From positions 62,001-126,000 of the IMG/VR virus record IMGVR_UViG_3300028275_000006: 64,000 bases of DNA, one strand, 5' to 3'. Shown in pieces: positions 9,307-18,202 of the stretch; position 1 is the first letter of the stretch, and each line of letters opens with the position of its first letter. The position numbers were made by a program, and so were the translations under genes. Under the pieces are notes generated by a model. That model did no database searches. It saw only the letters and a list, made by a program, of their open reading frames with translations, and had not been told where the DNA came from.

Positions 9307-9828
9307 TTAGAGTTCTGGTTGTTCTGGTTGTACAGGCATTGGTTTGCCACTGCTTGAGAATCCTACTGCTGGCGCTGGAGTTGCCTTAGGTGTGCTTCCA
9401 AACCCGCCTCCGCCAAAGCCACTTGGTGCTGGTGCTGGGCTTGGTGTTGCAGAACCGAAAGTCCCAGGTGCGGCACCAAATCCTGTTGAAGGTGCGCTAG
9501 GTGCTGTAAAGCCGCTTGGTGCTGTGGTTGGTGCTCCGCCATTGTTTGCTCCTGCTAATTTTTCTTGTGTGCGACCCATTGCCGCGATACCTAGAACAGC
9601 ACCCATTGCGATGTGGAATAATCCAGCACCTTGTAATGTCAATGGTTGCCATTGTGTAATTTGTGATACGTGCATAATTGCTTGTAACATTGACCATAGG
9701 ATTGGAAATAGAACGAAGTCAAATGCACAAACGCCCATGTATAACCAGCCCATCATTGGACGCCATTTACTGTTCATCCAATCTTCTTTTTTCTTTTCTG
9801 AATCACTCATATCTTTATACTCGCTCAT
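9307..9828 (-). CDS. putative holin (3TM gene-transfer-release holin-like) with Gly/Pro-rich tail
   Basis: NSKWRPMMGWLY motif, hydrophobic helices, GRTQEK; located in the lysis cassette. Confidence 0.65.
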   Translation of the reverse strand: MSEYKDMSDSEKKKEDWMNSKWRPMMGWLYMGVCAFDFVLFPILWSMLQAIMHVSQITQWQPLTLQGAGLFHIAMGAVLGIAAMGRTQEKLAGANNGGAPTTAPSGFTAPSAPSTGFGAAPGTFGSATPSPAPAPSGFGGGGFGSTPKATPAPAVGFSSSGKPMPVQPEQPEL

Positions 9829-9846
9829 ATTCGCTCCTTTTAATTT

Positions 9847-10410
9847 TTAGAACCAGAGGAATAAACCGTTTAGGCTTAATACTAGTCCGATACCTGCTAC
9901 TACAAAACTGCTCCAAAACATTGCCATACTAACTGCAAGAATACTTGCTGATAGAACAACAATGGCTAACTGATATGCTGTACTAGCATAACCAATCCAT
10001 GGACTAGATTTTTTAGCGTGTTCACGCTCTGCTTCCATCTTACGTGCATTTACAGCAATTTCTTTCTTATCACTGTCCATGCGTTCTGCTTCTGCTTTAA
10101 ACTCTGCACGTAGTTTAGGATCGCTAGTAGTCTTACTAGCAATTTCGTAACTAACTAAACGATTGTTTTTCGCTTGATATTGTGCCCAAGCATTGTTAGC
10201 ACCTAGTGTATTGTTTAAAACTGTACTAGACAATTTACCACCGTACCAACTGTTTACTGCTAGGAATAATGCAAATACAGAAATAACCATACCTGCTTTA
10301 TCTTTAATCTTTGCTTCACGCTCACTGCGAGAACCGGGTGCTGGCTTTGGTGCGCTTTCGTCCTTAGGTTCTTTATTGATTAGTTTTAAAATTGAATCAT
10401 GTAATGCCAC
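9847..10410 (-). CDS. DUF4337-like membrane protein
   Basis: N-terminal TM, NAWAQYQAK, coiled coil, two C-terminal TMs (QLAIVVLSASIL). Confidence 0.6.
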   Translation of the reverse strand: MALHDSILKLINKEPKDESAPKPAPGSRSEREAKIKDKAGMVISVFALFLAVNSWYGGKLSSTVLNNTLGANNAWAQYQAKNNRLVSYEIASKTTSDPKLRAEFKAEAERMDSDKKEIAVNARKMEAEREHAKKSSPWIGYASTAYQLAIVVLSASILAVSMAMFWSSFVVAGIGLVLSLNGLFLWF

Positions 10411-10435
10411 TTCTCGGCTCCTTTATAATATACTA

Positions 10436-10696
10436 TTATTTAACACTATCTCTGATTTTTTTCTGCCCGTTGTACCATTCGATCCAATCGTCAACTTTAG
10501 CCTTACAGTCGTAGTATTGTTTGTAGTTATCTGCTACAGTATCTACAATAGTGCTTAATTTGTCGTTTTGTGGATCTACAGTTTTTAAGTCTGGGCAAGC
10601 CTCCAGCAATTCTTTAGGAACTTCAGGAAATGGTGGAATTGTTGTTAAACAACCAGTTAACAATACTGCGGGAATCAATAGGAGTAATCTTTTCAT
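10436..10696 (-). CDS. o-spanin (outer-membrane lipoprotein)
   Basis: Lipobox LLTG|C, Pro-rich, ATGA overlap with the i-spanin. Confidence 0.75.
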   Translation of the reverse strand: MKRLLLLIPAVLLTGCLTTIPPFPEVPKELLEACPDLKTVDPQNDKLSTIVDTVADNYKQYYDCKAKVDDWIEWYNGQKKIRDSVK

Positions 10697-11154
10697 TTTG
10701 CCTCCGGATTCTTAGCGGCTTTGTTAATTAGATCATTGACTTTAGGATCTAACTTACAATCTGCGTTAATTTGTTTTTCAACTTCTTTAATTTCAGTTTT
10801 AACGGTGTTGTAATATTCAACACGAACTTTTTGTTTTTTCTTTCGTTCGTCTTCTAACTTTTTATTAAGTTCTGTGGACTGGTCGTTCATTTTAGCAACT
10901 TGAAGTTCTAGTTCTGCAACTTTAGCTCTCCAACTTGCTTCTGTGTCGTATCCACCTTTGAAATAAACACCGCCTACTAATAAAGTCACGCTGACTATTT
11001 GAATTAATAAGTGATATGGTGCTAATGCTGGAAACCAGCGAACAATTCTATGTAATAAAAAGAAACTTAGAACTGTTCCTACAATACCTGCCAGAAGAAC
11101 TGTATGAATAATCCACAGTAAAAAACTATCTGGTACCCACGCAAGTAGCCACAT
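10693..11154 (-). CDS. i-spanin
   Basis: N-terminal TM helices, coiled coil, C-terminal Cys; lies between endolysin and lipoprotein. Confidence 0.7.
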   Translation of the reverse strand: MWLLAWVPDSFLLWIIHTVLLAGIVGTVLSFFLLHRIVRWFPALAPYHLLIQIVSVTLLVGGVYFKGGYDTEASWRAKVAELELQVAKMNDQSTELNKKLEDERKKKQKVRVEYYNTVKTEIKEVEKQINADCKLDPKVNDLINKAAKNPEAK

Positions 11155-11155
11155 A

Positions 11156-11782
11156 TTATGCTCCTAATACGTGTAGTGCGTGATTGTAATGCTTGATACG
11201 GTCTTCTAAACCAATTGTTCCGCCGTTAATGCGTTTTGTTAATGTAAGGATGTCGCCCTTGTCTGCCCATTGGTTTAGGTTATTTGTTTCCCAGAACCAG
11301 CAGGCACTTTGTACAGCACCTTCAAATGTTTCTAGGTATTCTGATGCTTCTTCAACTGGGATTTCAAGGCTAGCGGCAAACCAACTGTAATTGTCTTTTC
11401 CGGTAAGTTGGATAAGACCTCTGCCACAGTAGCGGAAACCATCTCCGGACTCTTCTGGTCCGTTACCCATGCGGTTGCCATAAATTCTGTTAGCGATTTT
11501 CTCTGGTTTCTTTTCATATGCTTGTGCTAATTCATCTGTTGGAAAATACTTAGGAAATACTTTGCGTAAACTTGCGGCTTTGTAATTTAAATTTTCTTTT
11601 AAGAATTTGAACCCACCACTTTCATGAGCGCATTGTGCTAGGAAAGCCGCTACACGTTCTGGAGTATTAATATCATACTCTGGAAGTATTTCGCATAACG
11701 CATGATACCAGTGATCCACATAAGGATTGCCATGAATAATATCTGCTAAATGCTCTTTCTTAAAATCAAACGTAAAACTCAT
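11156..11782 (-). CDS. endolysin, glycoside hydrolase family 19
   Basis: FLAQCAHESGGF, ENLNY, YCGRGLIQLTG, TKRINGG. Confidence 0.9.
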   Translation of the reverse strand: MSFTFDFKKEHLADIIHGNPYVDHWYHALCEILPEYDINTPERVAAFLAQCAHESGGFKFLKENLNYKAASLRKVFPKYFPTDELAQAYEKKPEKIANRIYGNRMGNGPEESGDGFRYCGRGLIQLTGKDNYSWFAASLEIPVEEASEYLETFEGAVQSACWFWETNNLNQWADKGDILTLTKRINGGTIGLEDRIKHYNHALHVLGA

Positions 11783-12525
11783 TATAGTTTCTCCAAAATA
11801 ACTGCACGGCCTTTGTTTTCAAACATGAACTTGTTGCCCAGTTTGGTAATGTTGTAGTTGCCAATGTACTTGGTTAAAAACATAACTTCGGCCATGTCGT
11901 TGTATGAGACAGCAATCCTGTCTTCGACACTTTCTAATACTTCTCTTGTACCGCCGGAAACTAGATATTTGAACTTTAATGGCTCAGCGTACACCTTTTT
12001 AAATTCAATAATGTCGCCGTGCATACGAACACTTTCTAACATACTATTGTTGAAGAACTGTTCGTAACTATTTAGTTCCTGTTCCTGCATACGTTGTTTG
12101 TACAACATAGGATTAGTAGGAATAATTTCATCTAGTTTTTCTTGATTAGCCTCTAGGCTATCAAAACTCTTATGATATCTAAAAGCAAACTTGTCAATGC
12201 CTGCTAGTTTAGAAATACCATATAACATATCGCTGATTTGTTCTGTAACTTTACTTGTTCTTTGTAATTCTACAAACACACGATATTTTCCATCTTCTAA
12301 TTCACCGGGACTCATGTCAGCATCTAGAACAAAGTCGTAACCTTTTTCTACAAAACTAACTAAGTCTTCTGCCGGACTGCGACTTTCCACAGTAAAACTT
12401 AAAACAACGACATCTTCGTCGTCGCCCATTTTAGATTTATAATTGTCTACTTCGAATACACGATTTACTAGATTAACTAGATCGTTGGCTAGTAAACTTG
12501 TTTCATTAAGCGGCTGGTGGGGCAC
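11782..12525 (-). CDS. conserved hypothetical phage protein (GTG start at 12525)
   Basis: AGGAGG upstream of in-frame GTG 12525; the track's longer N-terminus is overlap with the upstream gene. Confidence 0.65.
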   Translation of the reverse strand: MPHQPLNETSLLANDLVNLVNRVFEVDNYKSKMGDDEDVVVLSFTVESRSPAEDLVSFVEKGYDFVLDADMSPGELEDGKYRVFVELQRTSKVTEQISDMLYGISKLAGIDKFAFRYHKSFDSLEANQEKLDEIIPTNPMLYKQRMQEQELNSYEQFFNNSMLESVRMHGDIIEFKKVYAEPLKFKYLVSGGTREVLESVEDRIAVSYNDMAEVMFLTKYIGNYNITKLGNKFMFENKGRAVILEKL

Positions 12526-13072
12526 TTGCTTCTCCTCCTGGTGCTGGAGCGGCTGCGGCCGCTGGTGGTGCGCCTGCTGTGGCTTCACCTGCTGGTGGAG
12601 GTGTAAGCTCTGGCGCCTTTTCATTATTTGCTGGCTCTAGTTCGTCCATTAATTGGTTATGATATCCACGGAAAATTTCTAACATTAACTTCTTAGGCAT
12701 CTGTACTTCTACAATCCAAATTGGATGCTCGTCTAGTTTACCAAGTTTTGTACCTGGACGAATGTCGTCAGGTTCTTTAATTTCTCTAGGCTTGACTAAT
12801 GTATCTTTTTTGTAAATTACTCGACAGCCGTATTCCATCAAACGCTTTGCGGCCTGCGGGTTAGGCATTTGTTTGTGAGGCCACATAAAACTAGCACTGA
12901 CCCAATGACGGTCAACGACAGGTCCTTTGATAAGTTCTCCATCGCGCCAGTTTTCAAATACATACATATCCAACTCGTCAAATACACGCTCGAAATCCTT
13001 AAGGATTGCAAGGCTACTATTGTTGTTATATATGGTGTTGATGTTTTCTATAATATCTAAAATATCGTGCAT
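12506..13072 (-). CDS. conserved hypothetical phage protein with Ala/Pro tail
   Basis: 188-aa ORF downstream of a late-promoter box. Confidence 0.7.
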   Translation of the reverse strand: MHDILDIIENINTIYNNNSSLAILKDFERVFDELDMYVFENWRDGELIKGPVVDRHWVSASFMWPHKQMPNPQAAKRLMEYGCRVIYKKDTLVKPREIKEPDDIRPGTKLGKLDEHPIWIVEVQMPKKLMLEIFRGYHNQLMDELEPANNEKAPELTPPPAGEATAGAPPAAAAAPAPGGEASAPPAA

Positions 13073-13095
13073 TTTTCAGTCATCCCTCGATGAAG

Positions 13096-13102
13096 TATTT
13101 AT
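13096..13102 (-). promoter_or_regulatory. T4-late-like promoter (ATAAATA) for the run ending in the lysis cassette
   Basis: gATAAATAc, intergenic. Confidence 0.6.
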
Positions 13103-13148
13103 CTAGACGATTTTGATATAGTATCAGTTCTATTTTTCTTCTAGATGT

Positions 13149-13154
13149 TAAATA
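13149..13154 (+). promoter_or_regulatory. T4-late-like promoter (TAAATA) for phoH
   Basis: tTAAATAt, divergent from the 13096 box. Confidence 0.45.
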
Positions 13155-13230
13155 TTTTTGTAGGACCTCTCAGTTGTCCTACAAGAAGTGTGACAATATG
13201 ACGTCCTACGCCTCAAAAGGAGAGCAGTTA

Positions 13231-13986
13231 ATGACGACAAAAAGAGCCAAAAAACGTTTTGCCAACGAGGGCTATAATAATCCTCGAGCAAATGTTATTG
13301 AGTTTCAACCATTTCAACACACACTTCCTCAAAGTCTTCCACAGAAGAAAAAGAGCGTACACGTAATTCCGCGCAACCGTAATCAGGAAGAATATCTATT
13401 TAAACTATTAGACCCATCAAAAAACATAGTTTTTGCTCTGGGCCCCGCTGGCACGGGCAAGACGCTGATAGCGTGTCAAGTCGGTATTAAACTCTTTAAA
13501 GAAGGGTTGGTAGATAAAATCGTGGTAACACGCCCTGCTGTTTCTGTAGACGAAGATCATGGATTCCTTCCTGGTACCCTAGAGCAAAAAATGGCTCCCT
13601 GGACTAGACCCATCTTTGATGTGCTAGCCGAGTACTATTACGCTCGCGATATCGAGAATATGATCCGAGAAGGTGTTATTGAAATTAGCCCGTTAGCATA
13701 TATGAGAGGTCGAACCTTCAAGAAGGCATACATTATTGCAGATGAAATGCAAAATGCTACGCCAAATCAAATGAAGATGTTGCTAACGAGATTGGGAGAA
13801 GGCTCTAAGATGGTCGTAACCGGTGATTTAAGACAAGCCGATAGATTAGAAGATAACGGTTTAATTGATTTCACGGAGCGATTGGCAAATAAACAACTAG
13901 ATTTGTTAAGCGTCGTGCAATTTGGTATGAAAGATATCGAAAGACACGAAGCAGTAAAGGAGGTGTTGTCTATTTACGGTGATTAA
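13231..13986 (+). CDS. phoH: PhoH-family ATPase
   Basis: GPAGTGKT, TRPAV, GFLPG, YMRGRTF, DEMQN, LTRLG, GDLRQ, IERH; AAGGAG RBS before ATG 13231. Confidence 0.93.
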   Translation: MTTKRAKKRFANEGYNNPRANVIEFQPFQHTLPQSLPQKKKSVHVIPRNRNQEEYLFKLLDPSKNIVFALGPAGTGKTLIACQVGIKLFKEGLVDKIVVTRPAVSVDEDHGFLPGTLEQKMAPWTRPIFDVLAEYYYARDIENMIREGVIEISPLAYMRGRTFKKAYIIADEMQNATPNQMKMLLTRLGEGSKMVVTGDLRQADRLEDNGLIDFTERLANKQLDLLSVVQFGMKDIERHEAVKEVLSIYGD

Positions 13987-13990
13987 ACCT

Positions 13991-14011
13991 AGGAGGGGTT
14001 AATCCCCCTCC
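13991..14011. terminator. hairpin between convergent phoH and dCMP deaminase
   Basis: GAGGGG/CCCCTC stem at the convergence point; weak U-tracts. Confidence 0.45.
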
Positions 14012-14448
14012 ACTTGTTTTACTTCGATGCCCGATGCTTTGAGAAACTTGACCCCCGAGTCATCTCTATAGTTTTCACCATAGTAAACACGATTAATGCC
14101 AGACTGATAGATAAGTTTGGCGCAATCGAGGCAAGGAGCATGAGTAATAAAAATATTAGCACCAAGCCCAGACTCATTACTACGGGCCAATTTAGCAATG
14201 GCGTTTGTTTCGGCATGTAGTACCTCCGGTTTAGTTTTTAAAACTGTTTCAGGTTCATCGTCGCCGTTATCTTCCCAAATCTCATATTCGCAGTTATTAT
14301 CCCAACCTGCTGGCATACCATTGTAGCCAATACTAATAATTCTATCGTCTTTAACTACAATGGCACCTACGTGTAATCGACGAGCATGACTGAGTTCTGC
14401 GAATGTTTCCGCAGTTTTCATGTATGCTTTTACTAACTTAGGCTTCAT
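13999..14448 (-). CDS. dCMP deaminase
   Basis: GYNG, HAETNA, PCLDC zinc motifs. Confidence 0.9.
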   Translation of the reverse strand: MKPKLVKAYMKTAETFAELSHARRLHVGAIVVKDDRIISIGYNGMPAGWDNNCEYEIWEDNGDDEPETVLKTKPEVLHAETNAIAKLARSNESGLGANIFITHAPCLDCAKLIYQSGINRVYYGENYRDDSGVKFLKASGIEVKQVEGD

Positions 14449-15364
14449 TGAGTCTTGCTAATCTAATCAGCGTGGCCGCTAGATTAATTTCAGGATCTGC
14501 CATAGATACGTGATCCACTAATCCTTGTTTAATTACCAGCACAGCATTGTCTTGTGTATGCTCGTCCTTGCCAAACAGAGTAATGTTGTTGTACATCCAA
14601 GTGTAGATTTCTTCCATTTCTTCTGGACGGGCTTGACTACATAACAGTTTACGTGCTTCTTGAATACGGCCTTTCTTAAACAGTTCAACCATTTCAACTC
14701 TGTAATCTGCACTACCTTCTACAGCATCTGGCAGTATTAATTTACCAGCCAAACTGTTCATTTGAACGTTGTTAATACACTTACGCAAATCTGGATATGT
14801 ACCTTTGACATAAGTGTCCAGTGTATCCAAGTCAAATTCGATATTTTCTTCTACAAGAATAGTTGCTACACGAGCAGTAAACTCTGTAATGTCTGTGCGT
14901 TCAATTTTAATTTCTTGGCAACGACTTTTAACTGGAGTAATAATTCTGTGTGGATAGTTACAAGTAAAAATAAAGCGAACGCTGTTACTGTAATCTTCCA
15001 TTAAGTTACGTAGTGCTGGTTGAACAGAATCTTTGTTCATATAATCTGCTTCGTCGATCAGCACAACTTTATAGTCGCCAAACGGCATAGTTTGACAAAA
15101 ACCGATTAGTTTATCAATCCATTCAATTTTACGACCTTCCTTACTGCCGTTAGCAATAAGAATGTCTGTGTCTTCGACACCGATTTCATTTAACAATACT
15201 TTAGCCAGTGTAGTTTTGCCTGTACCAGCATTGCCGCTAAACAGCAAGTGCGGAATAGCCTTCTGACTAATCCATTTTTCAATTTGCTGTTTTAGTGTTT
15301 CATCCTTAAACACATAACCATCTACAGTTTTAGGACGATACTTTTCTACCCATAATTCTTTCAT
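14438..15364 (-). CDS. sliding-clamp loader AAA+ subunit (T4 gp44/RFC-small-like)
   Basis: WVEKYRPK, GNAGTGKTT, IDEAD, SRC arginine finger. Confidence 0.9.
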   Translation of the reverse strand: MKELWVEKYRPKTVDGYVFKDETLKQQIEKWISQKAIPHLLFSGNAGTGKTTLAKVLLNEIGVEDTDILIANGSKEGRKIEWIDKLIGFCQTMPFGDYKVVLIDEADYMNKDSVQPALRNLMEDYSNSVRFIFTCNYPHRIITPVKSRCQEIKIERTDITEFTARVATILVEENIEFDLDTLDTYVKGTYPDLRKCINNVQMNSLAGKLILPDAVEGSADYRVEMVELFKKGRIQEARKLLCSQARPEEMEEIYTWMYNNITLFGKDEHTQDNAVLVIKQGLVDHVSMADPEINLAATLIRLARLNEA

Positions 15365-15582
15365 TGTAACGATGCCTTTTGAAAAGTTTTAACTTGATCT
15401 CTGCTTTCACTAATATTATCCACCATAGTGTCATATTCTTCTGGACTTAGCGCAGATTTATAAATGGTCAGTGCCTGTGCAATCATAATAGCCGCTACAG
15501 GCAATGGCCCGTATTCTCCAGCCATGGTATCTGTGAATGACAGATACGTTCCGTATAATTCTTCTAATCGTTCGTCTGTCAA
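15361..15582 (-). CDS. hypothetical protein
   Basis: 73-aa ORF with overlapping start/stop coupling. Confidence 0.6.
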   Translation of the reverse strand: MTDERLEELYGTYLSFTDTMAGEYGPLPVAAIMIAQALTIYKSALSPEEYDTMVDNISESRDQVKTFQKASLQ

Positions 15583-15827
15583 AATAATTCCTCCGCAATT
15601 CCTAATACTTCAGCAATAATAATAAACACTCCTGCTCCAATTAAATCGCCTTGGATTAATCTATAACCTGCGGCAAATCTCATTCCGCTTTTAACGATGC
15701 TGATTCTAAAATGCCACTTACTTGTATCTTTAGATTGAATATCTATCATTGGTTTGTGGTGCGGACACCTTCCTTGTTTGTAGTCGCAATCTGGACTATA
15801 TTCTTTTTTACAAATATCACAGTTCAT
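15579..15827 (-). CDS. small Cys-rich membrane protein (start ATG 15827, probably leaderless)
   Basis: MNCDICKK...CDY...CPHH plus hydrophobic C-terminus; ATG 7 nt after a -10 box. Confidence 0.6.
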   Translation of the reverse strand: MNCDICKKEYSPDCDYKQGRCPHHKPMIDIQSKDTSKWHFRISIVKSGMRFAAGYRLIQGDLIGAGVFIIIAEVLGIAEELF

Positions 15828-15833
15828 TTTTTT

Positions 15834-15862
15834 ATTATACAGAATAAAAAAGGGTCCGTCAA
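15834..15862 (-). promoter_or_regulatory. sigma70-type promoter
   Basis: TTGACG-17-TATAAT. Confidence 0.75.
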
Positions 15863-15870
15863 GACCCTTT
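15846..15870 (-). terminator. intrinsic terminator whose loop is the -35 hexamer
   Basis: AAAGGGTC-TTGACG-GACCCTTT-TTT on the minus strand. Confidence 0.75.
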
Positions 15871-15874
15871 GGTG

Positions 15875-16246
15875 TTATTTTTTGGTAACAAATGGTTCTA
15901 ATACTGGAGGAGTCCAACCGAGCGGTTTAAGTACTTTTCCGTCTTCACGCTTGCGAACCTTGCCAGTTTCTTTGTCGATCTTGGCAAAGTTAGTTTTCAT
16001 AACTTCTTTCCAAGCACCTTCGGCATCTGCTCCCATACTATGTATAGCACCGATGGTAACAACCAAAATATCAATTAAGGCATCCAATTGTTCAACATCA
16101 TCATTGGCGGCAACTGCAAGTTGAAGTTCTTTATATTCTTCTTCAATTAATTTTAAGTACATGTCATATTGTGAAAAGTCGTAATCATCTACGCTTTGGT
16201 CACAAGCAACCATGAATTTTTCTTGATCTCGAAATGGGTTTGTCAT
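15875..16246 (-). CDS. MazG-like/all-alpha NTP pyrophosphohydrolase
   Basis: LIEEEYKE...LDALIDILVV...NFAK...REDGKVLKP. Confidence 0.8.
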   Translation of the reverse strand: MTNPFRDQEKFMVACDQSVDDYDFSQYDMYLKLIEEEYKELQLAVAANDDVEQLDALIDILVVTIGAIHSMGADAEGAWKEVMKTNFAKIDKETGKVRKREDGKVLKPLGWTPPVLEPFVTKK

Positions 16247-16587
16247 AGGTGTCCAATAATCATGTCTTTAGGTTCTTCGTCGTCCCACATCATAACTGCT
16301 TCGTTATCAATCATACGAATAGTAATTTCTTCACCGCTTTCATTTTCGTACTTGATACCTCTAGTCCATCGTCCGTGTTCAACTAATATCCAATCACCGA
16401 CTCCGTATTCTTCATCGTGTTCTGGACCAACAGCAAATACCTTAGCCCATCTTGGATGGATGCCGCGATCCTTGCCGTCATCGCTTTGAATGATGATACC
16501 GCTTTGCGTTTTAGTATCACCGAAATCCATATCTGTTACAATGACTTTGTCATGTAACGGTCTAATGGTTCCTTTAACTACCGCCAT
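16243..16587 (-). CDS. groES: GroES-like co-chaperonin
   Basis: IRPLHDKVIV, TQSGIII, VFAVGP, VGDWIL. Confidence 0.8.
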   Translation of the reverse strand: MAVVKGTIRPLHDKVIVTDMDFGDTKTQSGIIIQSDDGKDRGIHPRWAKVFAVGPEHDEEYGVGDWILVEHGRWTRGIKYENESGEEITIRMIDNEAVMMWDDEEPKDMIIGHL

Positions 16588-16590
16588 TTA

Positions 16591-16815
16591 TTATTCCTTT
16601 TCTTGTGGTAATTCGGATTGTTCGTAAAAGTCTTTTAGAATATCTTCACGTTTGCGAAGAATTTGACCACCAGGTCCTAGTTCGTCTCCGCGGGCATTAA
16701 CACGAGCATTACCTACTGCTGGAGTTAATTCGTTGCGTTGACGCAATAGATCCATATCTACAGTTCTACCGTTGGCTGTACGATAAACTTTCTTTGGTGC
16801 TGGTTTCATGGGCAT
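16591..16815 (-). CDS. conserved hypothetical protein
   Basis: AAGGAGG RBS; YRTANGRTVDM...NARGDELGPGG. Confidence 0.65.
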   Translation of the reverse strand: MPMKPAPKKVYRTANGRTVDMDLLRQRNELTPAVGNARVNARGDELGPGGQILRKREDILKDFYEQSELPQEKE

Positions 16816-16841
16816 TTTAATGTCCTCCTTAATATATGTAC

Positions 16842-17348
16842 TTATCTCAGGAATTCGCGCCAGTCTAAATTATATTTCAAACTGTCAATTTTATGTACAC
16901 CAATTAAGTATAGTACATAACTGGCTACGCTACTTCCTCTTCCTACACCCCAAACTATACCTTCCTTACGACAAGTATCTACAAAGTATTTTAGCCAGCG
17001 TAGTAGATCCAGCATATTTCTTTCTCTATACTCTTGTAATTCTTCTATTAGTCTTTGGTAGTTTTCTTTAGGACATTCGTTAACAAGGAACCCTTCAATG
17101 TCCATTTGTTTGTATTCCTCAGGCATATTCCAATTACTCTGCATTAAGGAATCAAACTCTGTTTTAGAAAGTTGTGGTTCTTGATATTCTCGTATTTTTA
17201 CAGATTCAGTATGTAGATTAAACTGCTTAACGTCTGTATCGTCAGGCTCTGCCAAAATATTAGGCAAGACATCCAATTTACCTTGGTAAATTAAATCAAA
17301 GATGTCTTTGGCTGAATATACTGGAATACCTAAATTATCAATCCTCAT
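16842..17348 (-). CDS. DNA polymerase III alpha (DnaE)-like fragment (split polymerase piece)
   Basis: WGVGRGSSVASYVLYLIGVHKIDSLKYNLDWREFL matches DnaE GPGRGS...LLFERFL; ends before the catalytic PDIDxD. Confidence 0.8.
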   Translation of the reverse strand: MRIDNLGIPVYSAKDIFDLIYQGKLDVLPNILAEPDDTDVKQFNLHTESVKIREYQEPQLSKTEFDSLMQSNWNMPEEYKQMDIEGFLVNECPKENYQRLIEELQEYRERNMLDLLRWLKYFVDTCRKEGIVWGVGRGSSVASYVLYLIGVHKIDSLKYNLDWREFLR

Positions 17349-17354
17349 GCAAGT

Positions 17355-17383
17355 ATTTTAACTTACATTAATGAGGCTGTCAA
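17355..17383 (-). promoter_or_regulatory. sigma70-type promoter (leaderless dnaE-fragment mRNA)
   Basis: TTGACA-17-TAAAAT; ATG 7 nt downstream. Confidence 0.7.
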
Positions 17384-17591
17384 GATCTGTGTCTCGTTTT
17401 TGGTATTGTTCTTCCCAGAGTTTTTGTCTGCGAATGTTTAGTTCTGCTTTATACATGTCCAACAACATAATAATCTGCTGTTGAACTCCAGAGTTACTAG
17501 CGGCCATGAAATATCTTCTACTAAGATCTTGGATCTTAGTTTCAAGTTCCACATCCTTTAGTTTGGAAAAATCTTCTGCTAGTGGGTGCAT
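17358..17591 (-). CDS. hypothetical protein
   Basis: 77-aa helical ORF. Confidence 0.6.
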   Translation of the reverse strand: MHPLAEDFSKLKDVELETKIQDLSRRYFMAASNSGVQQQIIMLLDMYKAELNIRRQKLWEEQYQKRDTDLDSLINVS

Positions 17592-18172
17592 TATAGTGCT
17601 GTAAAGTTACCTAAGTATCTTCCAAATACGTTTACGCCACCATCGTAAGTCCAGAATTCAAAAATCTTTGGACTTGTCGAACTAGTAACGCTTTGTGTAC
17701 CGGGCCATCCTGATTCTACATAGAAGTCACCAATGGATTCTGTGTTAAAGGAAAAGAATTGTTCTGTACCATTTCCATATAAATGAACTCTAATAACAGC
17801 CAATGTTCCGCTTGCTGGTAAGTCAGAGAATGTAAGTTCTAAAGGACTTCCTGCGTCAGGATCTGTTGCAGCCAATGTGTACACATGATATGCTCCGCTG
17901 GTAAAACTTACGTTTTGACTAGCAACAATGTTGCCACCTGCATTAAATTCGAAACTGGCACCTTTTAGGTTTGCATTAGCAATGGTGTTTCCGCTAAGAT
18001 CTGTTTCTGGACTAGAAATGTCTAGTCTAGATGCTTGTAAATCTTGAATGTCAGACTTGGCCTGAATTAGCGTATCTTTAATTGCTGAGAAGTTATCACG
18101 GAAGCCTTGGCTTTCGTTGTCTACGCCCGCTACTGGGAACGCTTCATCTATTTGGGTCTCGCGGTATGTCAT
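17591..18172 (-). CDS. putative virion structural protein
   Basis: FPVAGVDNESQGFRDNF N-terminus, beta-rich; late box upstream. Confidence 0.6.
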   Translation of the reverse strand: MTYRETQIDEAFPVAGVDNESQGFRDNFSAIKDTLIQAKSDIQDLQASRLDISSPETDLSGNTIANANLKGASFEFNAGGNIVASQNVSFTSGAYHVYTLAATDPDAGSPLELTFSDLPASGTLAVIRVHLYGNGTEQFFSFNTESIGDFYVESGWPGTQSVTSSTSPKIFEFWTYDGGVNVFGRYLGNFTAL

Positions 18173-18195
18173 TTTACTGGGTATCCTTTATTTGA

Positions 18196-18202
18196 TATTT
18201 AT
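18196..18202 (-). promoter_or_regulatory. T4-late-like promoter
   Basis: gATAAATAt. Confidence 0.55.

Noticed and set aside
9344-9850. 168-aa plus-strand ORF
   Set aside because: Antisense shadow of the Gly/Pro/Ala-rich holin gene; no RBS or family motif.
12526-12624. Gln/His-rich N-terminal extension of ORF 11782-12624
   Set aside because: Alternate-frame read of the upstream Ala/Pro tail; a strong SD supports GTG 12525.
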